A stretch of DNA of 64,000 nt from NCBI GenBank assembly GCA_039193195.1, contig JBCCWS010000021.1, positions 3,247-67,246 of the forward strand, written 5' to 3'. Every line of letters starts with the position of its first letter. Position 1 is the stretch's first letter. The position numbers were made by a program, and so were the translations under genes. This document shows positions 47,852-55,188 of the stretch, piece by piece. The notes beneath the pieces were generated by a model, which ran no database searches, had not been told where the DNA came from, and saw only the letters and a program-made list of their open reading frames with translations. This DNA comes from Pseudomonadota bacterium. GTDB lineage: Bacteria; Pseudomonadota; Gammaproteobacteria; Steroidobacterales; JBCBZW01.

Positions 47852-49026
47852 CGAACCGCGGTCCTGCGAGCGATGCCAGCCCGGACGTTGTGGCGGCTAA
47901 TCTGCTCGGCGCGGGCGCGCAGCACCTCCGGCCGCTTTGCTGCCGCTGTGGCCGATCGCTCGCTGAGTCTTCCCGCCACCATCAGGCGCGCGAGGTCCTG
48001 CTCGAAGGTCTGCATGCCGTAGCCTGCACCAGCTTCCATGCAGCTGTAGATCTGGCTGCTCTTGCTGTTCAACAGCAGGTTCGACACGGCCGTCGTCACC
48101 ATCAGCACTTCAGACGACACCACGCGCTGGCGGGCCAGCCCCTGTGGATCGTCCGCGTGGACCGCCGTGCCATCCGCGACCAGCAGCCGCTGCGACACCA
48201 CGCAACGCAGCACCAGTGCCAGCTGCTGGCGAATCGCGGTCTGCTCTTCCGCAGGAAACACGCCCACGACGCGTTCGATGGTGCTCACGCAATCGCCAGC
48301 GTGCACCGAGGCCAAAACCAGGTGTCCGGTCTCTGCCGCCGTGATAGCCGTGCGGATGGTGTCCGTGTCGCGGATCTCGCCGACCAGCACGACGTCCGGA
48401 TCCTCACGCAGGCTATTCACCAGGGCGTCGTTGAAGGACTCCGTGTCCAAACCGACCTGACGCTGGTTCACCAGTGCCCGCGCCGGGCGATGGACGTACT
48501 CGATCGGGTCCTCGATCGTGATCACGTGGCACGCGTGGGTGTTGTTGATGCGGTCGATCAACGTCGCGAGGGTAGTCGACTTACCGCTGCCCGTCGGTCC
48601 ACTGACGAGCACCAGTCCGTAGGGCAAATTACAAAGGTCGTAAAGTGCTTCCGGAAGCCCCAGTTCGGCAAGCCCTCGGAACCGGTCCTCGAGGCGTCTT
48701 AGGGCCACCGCCAGGCCGCCGCTGCGCCAAAACAGGTTGAAGCGGTAGCGGGTGCCGTCGGGGCCCGTGAACGCACCGTCTACGCTGCCCGTTCGCCGCT
48801 TACTAAAACCACTGCTGAGATCGTCGACGATCGCCACCATCGTCTCGCGATCGAGCGGCGCTTCACCCGCCAAGGCCTCGAGGGGCCCTTGCGTGCGCAG
48901 GTAGGGCGGCAGGCCCTCGCCTAGGTGGATATCGCTCGCATCGAGCTCCACGCAGCGACGCAGTAGGTGCTCGAGACGTTTGGCCGAGGGCGTGCCCGGC
49001 GGCGAGTCCGCTCCCTGGCTGCTCAC
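47848..49026 (-). CDS. pilT: PilT/PilU-family retraction-type ATPase
   Basis: Walker A VSGPTGSGKSTTL, ITIEDPIEY, DPDVVLVGEIRD, GHLVLASVHA. It has no tetracysteine motif and PilT-like length. GTGA overlaps at both ends. Confidence 0.85.
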   Translation of the reverse strand: MSSQGADSPPGTPSAKRLEHLLRRCVELDASDIHLGEGLPPYLRTQGPLEALAGEAPLDRETMVAIVDDLSSGFSKRRTGSVDGAFTGPDGTRYRFNLFWRSGGLAVALRRLEDRFRGLAELGLPEALYDLCNLPYGLVLVSGPTGSGKSTTLATLIDRINNTHACHVITIEDPIEYVHRPARALVNQRQVGLDTESFNDALVNSLREDPDVVLVGEIRDTDTIRTAITAAETGHLVLASVHAGDCVSTIERVVGVFPAEEQTAIRQQLALVLRCVVSQRLLVADGTAVHADDPQGLARQRVVSSEVLMVTTAVSNLLLNSKSSQIYSCMEAGAGYGMQTFEQDLARLMVAGRLSERSATAAAKRPEVLRARAEQISRHNVRAGIARRTAVR

Positions 49027-49808
49027 GGTTCGCCTCCGGTGTCCGTTACCGTCAGCGCCCAGCGGCGCAGGGACGTCGATGTCAGCGCGGGCTCCATCGT
49101 CAGCGCGGACAGCGCCAGTCCCGGTGGGAAGGTATCGGCGGCCGCCAACTGCCTGCCCATGGCCGACCAGGTCGCCGCCACGTCGACCTGCCAGCGCAGG
49201 CGCCGCGTGGTACCTGTACTCGTACTCGCGAGCCGATTCGCACTCGAGGAGGTCCTCGGTAGCGCACTCGCGTCAACCGACTTTCGCCGCTGCCGGCGGC
49301 TGAGGCTACGGTTAGCCGTGGCACCTGTCGCCGGCCGCGTCGCCGCGCTCGTGGCCGGATTGGGCCTTGGGCTCGTCACGCTCGTCGCCGGGCGGCCTTG
49401 CGAGGCTGTGCTCACGCGTGTGCCCCCCTGCGGCAGCATGCCGAGCACCTGCACCCCGTTTCGACTGAGTTGGCGGGTCAACCGATCCAGGCCCTGCGCC
49501 ATCGCGGAGGCGCGGCTGCCGCTTGGCACGCGCAAGGCATCGACCCGCTCCTTGAGCTGCGCCTCTCGGTTCTTCAGCTCAGCCAAGGTCTGCTCACTCT
49601 CCCGTAGCTCATTGGTGAGATCGCGCTGCTCCCGCGCCCGTCGCGCAAGCGCCTCATCGCTGGTCAGCAGGTTCAAGCGGCGCTCCATATCGGGAATCCG
49701 CGACGTCTCGCCCTTCGGCAGGCCCAGCGACGCGATGACCACCAGGGCTGCCGGCATCAGGCAGACAAGCCAGAGCTCGCGGCGCGAGAGTCGGCGCTTT
49801 AGCATCAT
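49023..49808 (-). CDS. GspM/PilO-like bitopic assembly protein (hypothetical)
   Basis: Short basic N-terminus, one TM (LWLVCLMPAALVVIASL), a coiled-coil segment, a long S/T/R/P/A-rich linker and a small C-terminal domain. The assignment rests on architecture and position only. Confidence 0.45.
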   Translation of the reverse strand: MMLKRRLSRRELWLVCLMPAALVVIASLGLPKGETSRIPDMERRLNLLTSDEALARRAREQRDLTNELRESEQTLAELKNREAQLKERVDALRVPSGSRASAMAQGLDRLTRQLSRNGVQVLGMLPQGGTRVSTASQGRPATSVTSPRPNPATSAATRPATGATANRSLSRRQRRKSVDASALPRTSSSANRLASTSTGTTRRLRWQVDVAATWSAMGRQLAAADTFPPGLALSALTMEPALTSTSLRRWALTVTDTGGEP

Positions 49809-51289
49809 CGACGCGCCTCTCGGGAGGGTGCCCGCAGATCGACCACCGGCTCCATGAGTATGGAGAACTCCCACACCACGCCACCGGAGCCGGCCTTGGG
49901 CTCGATCTGCGCGGGGTTTACGCGCCAATGGGTACTAAGCATTCTGCTTAGGTTGCTGGCCAGGCGCGATGCCGCTTCAGGGGTCGAGGCCACGCCGGAG
50001 ATAGATTGCCAGGGCATGCGATGCTCCAGGGATCGGATCACGATGTCCTCGTCTACCAGCTGGCCCACGGCCTCCATCAAGGCCGCCAGCGCGACACGAC
50101 GATCGACGCCGGCGGTTGTGCGCCAATCGCGGCTGAATCGATCAAGTTCTTGCTCTAAGGCCTGAACGGCACGCTCTCGGCTGCGCACTTCGCTACTGAG
50201 CGTGCGCAAGCGCGCCCGGCGGTCGGTAACGACCTGCTGCTGGCCCTGGGCGTGGTCCAGCTGCGCCTGCAGTACCGTGTATTGCTCCTGCCCCTGGCTG
50301 CGCTGGAGTAGCACCGTCGAAAGCGCTAGTAAGAAGACGACCACGCCTACCGCCACCGCTGTCCAGCGCTCCGTCTGCGCGCTGGGCGGGCGCAGGACCG
50401 GGCCGCCCTCGGTGCGCGAGGCACCCTCTGCTGCGAGACATCGGGCCCAGGCAGCAGCGAACTGCGTAGCCGCATCGTCATCGCCCAGCCTCCAGGTCGG
50501 CAGGCCTGTGTCCTCATCATCAACCCCGTCTTCGGCCAGCCAGCGAGCCGCGCTATTGTCTGGCGAGGTAGTCTCACGCCACTGGTGGCCGCCGCGAACT
50601 TTCACGGCCCCTTCGATCAGGGTTTGCTCCTGGCCGACCGGCTCGGCGCCGCGCAGATACGGCGCGAGCGCCCGTCGCCAGTCGCTCTGCGGCACGGCCC
50701 CCAGCGGGATCAGCGTGACGGCCCCCGCCACGCACTCCACCAGCACTACCGAGTCCGACCAAAACTCCAGGCGGCGCCAAGACCCATCTGGCTCCATGAT
50801 TGCAGGCGAGGCTGGTGCCAAGGCCTCCGCCAGCCCCGCCGGATGGCTGATGCCGGCCAAGCGTGATCTTGCACCTCGCACCGCCTTGGTCACAGCGATC
50901 ATGTCGCTGCGCTTCACCTGGGCGACGAGGAAACTGTCCCCAAGGTCAGCCATACGCCGCCGCTGCACTTCCGTCACCGCGTCGGCCGGCTTGATGTCGC
51001 TGAGCGCCTCGGCCTCGTAGGCTGCCGGCTCAATCAGGTCCTTATCCGACAAGCCGGCGACGGCACCGCTGGACAGTTCGATGGCGCCGAACCAGACCCC
51101 ACTGTCCAGCACCCAAACCCGGCGACCGACAGGCCCGGCCCCATCACTGAGCGCATGGGTGAGCGCTGCGGGCAGATCCGGCCAGGATCGGCGCCAGCGT
51201 TGGACCGGTCGCGCTTCGCTACCCTGATCAGCCCGCAGAAGCAGGCCCTCGGTGCGAATCACCACGGTGATGTCGGGACGAGAGGTCAT
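49805..51289 (-). CDS. GspL- or PilM/PilN-fusion-like bitopic assembly protein (hypothetical)
   Basis: Cytoplasmic domain of about 300 aa, one TM (WTAVAVGVVVFLLALSTVLL), a coiled coil and a periplasmic domain. The assignment rests on architecture and synteny only. Confidence 0.45.
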   Translation of the reverse strand: MTSRPDITVVIRTEGLLLRADQGSEARPVQRWRRSWPDLPAALTHALSDGAGPVGRRVWVLDSGVWFGAIELSSGAVAGLSDKDLIEPAAYEAEALSDIKPADAVTEVQRRRMADLGDSFLVAQVKRSDMIAVTKAVRGARSRLAGISHPAGLAEALAPASPAIMEPDGSWRRLEFWSDSVVLVECVAGAVTLIPLGAVPQSDWRRALAPYLRGAEPVGQEQTLIEGAVKVRGGHQWRETTSPDNSAARWLAEDGVDDEDTGLPTWRLGDDDAATQFAAAWARCLAAEGASRTEGGPVLRPPSAQTERWTAVAVGVVVFLLALSTVLLQRSQGQEQYTVLQAQLDHAQGQQQVVTDRRARLRTLSSEVRSRERAVQALEQELDRFSRDWRTTAGVDRRVALAALMEAVGQLVDEDIVIRSLEHRMPWQSISGVASTPEAASRLASNLSRMLSTHWRVNPAQIEPKAGSGGVVWEFSILMEPVVDLRAPSREARR

Positions 51290-51291
51290 CG

Positions 51292-52329
51292 CTAGCTTTG
51301 CTCTTCTAGCACAAGTTGCGGCAGCGGCGGCAGCCCGCCGGGTACGTTGACAAAGTACACGGGACGACTGACGCGGTCAGTGCCAGGAAGCAGCGCCGGA
51401 TTCAAATCCTCGTCGGGCAGGGGACTGCACTTCGTCTGATAGGCGCGAATCACCCGAGGCCCAACGCTCACGGCGCCACCGGGGATCATGGGCGCCAAGG
51501 GCACGGCGGTCACGCCCACAGCCACGCCATCCACGTTGAGGTCATGCACGGCCTGGGCGAGCGTCAGCACATCACCGCTGGCCGCATCCGGGCCGTAAAC
51601 GCGGATCACTATGCAATCCCCAAACCCGAGGTCGTCGCCCGGATCACTGCCGTCATCGACCACCACCCCCTCGATGACGACATCGCCCTCGAAGCGCGGC
51701 GGCACGACGCTGACCAGGCCGGCAAACTCCGGGGCGGCCTGGGCGACCGCAGTCGCTTCGAACACGGTGAGCAGGTCGCGACCGAAACCGACGCCGCCGG
51801 CGAGGCGATCGGCACCGCGGCTGCGCACGATGCGGATTTCGCCCGGCGCCGCCACCAAGACGCCGTCCTGATCGAAGGCCTCGAAATCCCTGCCCCAGCC
51901 GTCGGTCAGCGTGTCCGCGCCGACAGGCAGGCGCAGGTAGGGTCCACGCCATCCACTGCCAACCGCGAGCCCCGTGTCCCCCGGCGGTGCCCTATCGATG
52001 CGAAAGGCCGATTGGGTCCCGAGCCTTAGCAACTCACCCAGGTCAGCGGGTGGGCGCCCCATGTCCGCCACGAAGCCTGTGATCAGGCGCTGACCGTCGG
52101 GGCCACGTAGGTCCGAGTCGCCGACCACGGCAGCGTCCAGCTGCTCCAGCGTGCGGACCGTTCTTTGGTAGCGCGCGTCGTCGGTCAGACTCGCCGACTG
52201 CGCGATGATGATCGTCCCCAGCGCTGCGAGGATCGTCAACACCACGATCAGTTCCAGCAGCGTTAGCCCCGCCTGGCGTGATCGCGTGCGGATCGGCGCG
52301 TCCGCGCAGAGCAGCTTAATTGACCTCAC
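51292..52329 (-). CDS. Large GspG-like pseudopilin (345 aa)
   Basis: Class III signal ...SRQAG|LTLLELIVVLTILAALG with Glu+5, plus GspG-like motifs GWRGPYL, DGWGRDF and SRGADRLAGG. GTG start. Confidence 0.7.
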   Translation of the reverse strand: MRSIKLLCADAPIRTRSRQAGLTLLELIVVLTILAALGTIIIAQSASLTDDARYQRTVRTLEQLDAAVVGDSDLRGPDGQRLITGFVADMGRPPADLGELLRLGTQSAFRIDRAPPGDTGLAVGSGWRGPYLRLPVGADTLTDGWGRDFEAFDQDGVLVAAPGEIRIVRSRGADRLAGGVGFGRDLLTVFEATAVAQAAPEFAGLVSVVPPRFEGDVVIEGVVVDDGSDPGDDLGFGDCIVIRVYGPDAASGDVLTLAQAVHDLNVDGVAVGVTAVPLAPMIPGGAVSVGPRVIRAYQTKCSPLPDEDLNPALLPGTDRVSRPVYFVNVPGGLPPLPQLVLEEQS

Positions 52330-52334
52330 GAGTT

Positions 52335-53141
52335 CTATTCCTGCGGATCCTGATCCTGCTGAAAGAGGTAGAGCACCAGATCATCACCCTGCTCTTCTTC
52401 GTCGGTGACCAGCGTGTCCAGCGTGCGGTTCGGCCCCGCGGAGAGCAGCCGCACACCGTTCAACTCGGCAGGATCGTCAATGACGCCGTCGCCGTCGGGA
52501 TCGGGGCCGTTGTCATCGCTGTCGAACCACTGGATGACGATTGGCCGGCTCCAGGCGTCGAGGGGAGTGAGGTCATCACCTGGCGCGCCGCCGGGGCCGT
52601 CGCCCTCGCCGTAGCGCGTGGTGAAGGCGCCGTCCACCGTGTAGCCAACCGCCGTGGTCACGTCCAGCCAGGGGCCGCGTCAGCCGATCTGGTTGACGGG
52701 ATCGTAGACTTGCTGCGCCGGTGGGGCGTAGTCGAAGAGCTGCAGGGGCTCGACGAAAAGGTAGCGAAGCTGAGGGTGGTCCTGACGTCCTGCGCTAATC
52801 TCAGCCGGACTCGGCCAAGGCAGCCCTGTGCCGTAGCCGATGTTGCGGTCGAGCGTGTCGCGCGCGTAGCGCATGCTCTGCGCGTAACCGTCCGGCCCGA
52901 CGATCGCCTCGGCGACCCGCGCGAGCGTGGTCTCCGTGATGACCTGCTGCGCCAATTTACCGTCTTGGCCGCCAGCGCCGTCGAGGTCTATCTCCAGCGT
53001 GTTTTGAGTCAAATTCACCAGTACGAGGCCACCGAGCGCCACGAGTACCACGAGCACCACAAGCAACTCGATCAGCGTGACGCCGCGGCAGGGTGCGGCG
53101 GCGTTGGCCCTCTCCGTTAGACGCGAGAGGTCGCTCGGCAC
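52335..53141 (-). pseudogene. GspG-like pseudopilin interrupted by an in-frame TGA (52680-52682)
   Basis: ORFs 52680-53342 and 52335-52661 share one frame. The N-terminal part has ...CRG|VTLIELLVVLVVL and the C-terminal part has DAWSRPIVIQ and LLSAGPNRTLDT. Start proposed at GTG 53141 (uncertain). Confidence 0.6.
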
Positions 53142-53227
53142 CCGCCCGCCGTGCAAGCGATCGAACTCACGGCCTCGACCGACTGTGCTCGAGTCCTCGC
53201 CCAAAAATGGGCTTCGCTCAACGAAGA

Positions 53228-53256
53228 GCCCCTGGGGCGGAAACCGCCCCAGGGGC
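53228..53256 (-). terminator. Perfect 13-bp GC-rich hairpin (GCCCCTGGGGCGG aaa CCGCCCCAGGGGC) downstream of the first pilin gene
   Basis: Read directly and cross-checked against ORF frames. It begins about 34 nt after the pilin stop. On the transcript it is followed by CUCUUCGUU. It sits in the only sizeable gap (148 nt) of the operon. Confidence 0.55.
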
Positions 53257-53289
53257 CACTTGTCGCCAGCAGGCGAGGCCATTCGGGGA

Positions 53290-54129
53290 TTAGATACCCG
53301 AGCCCTGTACCTCATCCCACTGGATGCCGATGTGGTTGTCACCGGTCTCGAACAGGCTGCCGTCCAAGTTGTAGCTCACGCGCTTAAACTCTGCCGAGCC
53401 GTCGCCGGTACCCACACCGCCATCGTCGACCAGGAAGACCGCGCCGAAGCGAGAGTAGGCCTGATTGGGCAGAGCGCCTTCGGTATCGCCGAAGTGGACA
53501 GGCGGCTCAGGCGTGAGCGTGCCGAGCAGAGTCCAGGGCTTGTCGATGCCGAGCCAGACGTACTGCTGCGATCCCGTCGTGGCCGGCAGGAAGACCTCTG
53601 CGGCCTGCACGTCAGTCAGGATGAGGACGGGCGTGGCGTCATCCAGGGTCAGGCAGGTGGCGCCAAGGGTATCGATACCGGAATTGAAGGTGACGTCGTA
53701 GCCGTCGACCGCGGCCGGGTCGCCATGGTTGCAGACGTTGACGATTCCGAGCTCGTTGATGGCTGCCACCTGATCTGTGGTCAGCAGGCCCGTCTGTAGA
53801 GAGCCACCGCCGCCGCCGCCGCCATCAGTATTGGTGGCGGAGTTGTTGACCGGCTCGCCTGCACCTGCACCCGCACCAAAGATGTCGGTGGTCCAGTTGT
53901 CGCCGAAGTTGCCAAGCGTGGCGTTGGCCGCGATCAGCATTTTCGAGACTTCTGAGAAATTGGTCGCGCAGGTGGCGACGTGAGAACGGGTCAACGCGTT
54001 GTTGATCACCGGAACCAGGATACCGCCCGTTGCGACCAGGATGGTCAGCACCACGACCAGTTCGATCAGGGTTAGGCCACGCTGGCTCTTGGGCCCTTGG
54101 CCCCGCCCGTAATTACGCAAAGCGTGCAT
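53290..54129 (-). CDS. Pilin-like protein (279 aa), first gene of the filament operon
   Basis: Class III signal ...KSQRG|LTLIELVVVLTILVATGG with Glu+5. The globular part has 3 Cys and a Gly7 run, and no family is recognised. GGAG RBS. Confidence 0.7.
   Translation of the reverse strand: MHALRNYGRGQGPKSQRGLTLIELVVVLTILVATGGILVPVINNALTRSHVATCATNFSEVSKMLIAANATLGNFGDNWTTDIFGAGAGAGEPVNNSATNTDGGGGGGGSLQTGLLTTDQVAAINELGIVNVCNHGDPAAVDGYDVTFNSGIDTLGATCLTLDDATPVLILTDVQAAEVFLPATTGSQQYVWLGIDKPWTLLGTLTPEPPVHFGDTEGALPNQAYSRFGAVFLVDDGGVGTGDGSAEFKRVSYNLDGSLFETGDNHIGIQWDEVQGSGI
53803..53823 (-). repeat. Trinucleotide repeat (GGC)5-GGT-GGC encoding Gly7 in the pilin-like gene
   Basis: Codons for G103-G109. 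The + strand reads gcc acc gcc gcc gcc gcc gcc. Confidence 0.85.
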
Positions 54130-54218
54130 TAAAATCTCCGTAATTTCAATTATTTACCGCTTCCCTGCCAAGCACCGACCGGAAGGTAGGCTGAGTTCAC
54201 TTGGGCAGGACCGTGGAA

Positions 54219-54228
54219 TGTTATAACA
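54219..54228. promoter_or_regulatory. Perfect palindrome TGTTATAACA within GGAATGTTATAACA (Zur-box-like half site)
   Basis: Lies in the divergent region between the filament operon (start 54129) and rpmJ (54518). GGAATGTTATAA resembles the left half of the enterobacterial Zur box GAAATGTTATAA as I recall it. Confidence 0.3.
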
Positions 54229-54388
54229 AAAGGAACTGGGTCGCACTTTAAATGAAAATGGCTCGCATTTCGGGGTTTCCCCAGCGGGGTTTCGGTTTGG
54301 CGCCAGAAGGCTCAGTCCCCAATTTCCCCGGACCCACCAGGGGTGGCGAAGGGAATGATCGGCTGCACATCGGCCTAACAAGTCATTG

Positions 54389-54419
54389 GTGAATGCGAAT
54401 TGTTTGCAGTACCATTCAC
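54389..54419. promoter_or_regulatory. Inverted repeat GTGAATG-N17-CATTCAC upstream of rpmJ
   Basis: 7-bp perfect arms about 100 nt upstream of the L36 start. Function unknown. Confidence 0.25.
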
Positions 54420-54517
54420 ATCTAGGCCACGGCGGTGTACAACCCAGTGTGCCCGGCAGAGAGCGACGGTCGCACAGCGGCATTGCGCAATGCCACCCCA
54501 CAGGTCGGAGTCAAAAA

Positions 54518-54658
54518 GTGAAAGTCCTAAGCTCGTTGAAGACTGCGAAATCGCGTCATCCGGACTGCCAGATCGTCAAGCGACGCGGGCGAATCTACGT
54601 GATCTGCAAGACGAATCCTCGCTTCAAGGCTGTTCAAGGCAAGAAGAAGAAGCGCTGA
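54518..54658 (+). CDS. rpmJ: 50S ribosomal protein L36, YkgO-type (Zn-independent paralogue)
   Basis: GTG start with GGAG RBS. (M)[45 protein letters not shown] closely resembles E. coli YkgO as recalled. Confidence 0.9.
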   Translation: MKVLSSLKTAKSRHPDCQIVKRRGRIYVICKTNPRFKAVQGKKKKR

Positions 54659-55188
54659 CATGCCGAGCGGTGGAGCTGCAGCGGGTAGCTCTGTTCGGCT
54701 TACCTAGCTAGTGACGCCGGCCACTCGCGAAGGACCATAGGCGCACGTCACTTCGCCCGCCGCAGAGCCCCAACTTGCCGTGCGTGGCTCGCGCAAGTGA
54801 CGGGCCACCTAGTGGGCCGCTTGCTTCCCTGTCTCAGCTAGCCTCGAATTTCGAACCTTCGGCCCTAAGCACGAAGTCTGGTGACTGCGATCGGTGCGCG
54901 CCGCGTTCGGATTCGCGCAGCCAAGGGCTCGTCTTCGAAGCCCGCATTCCTGATCGCTGGCAATTGGCGGTCCAACCAACCTCAGCAGGGTGCACATCAT
55001 TACGAACAGGGGGGCGACTGGTTGTACTCGTCCGCCTGCGCCGCCTCCAGGGCAGCTGCGCTAACGCCGGGAACGACCACCCTCGCAAAACCGTCGCTTG
55101 CTATTCTCACCAGGTGAAGCCGCGGGCTGGCGCGTTTCGCGGTGATTGCCCGCATACGCCGTTTTGCCCGCGTGACCGGAACCTACTG

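Noticed and set aside
48967-49857. 296-aa plus-strand ORF antisense to the GspM-like gene
   Set aside because: It has low-complexity Arg/Ser/Ala composition, no motifs, and sits opposite a gene embedded in an overlapping operon. It is a typical GC-rich shadow ORF.
52680-52682. Selenocysteine as the explanation for the in-frame TGA in the pseudopilin
   Set aside because: The paralogue has Trp, not Cys, at this position. Pilins are not redox enzymes, and I see no SECIS-like hairpin immediately downstream.
54130-54300. Sigma54 (-24/-12) promoter upstream of the first pilin gene
   Set aside because: The only TGGCA-like element, on the reverse complement of the displayed + strand (the coding strand of the pilin gene), is TTGGCAGGGAAGCGGTAAA. 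It lacks the required GG-N10-GC spacing.
54775-55188. Upstream 138 codons of the BNR protein ORF
   Set aside because: They have a non-protein-like composition, and an unambiguous signal peptide starts at M139.
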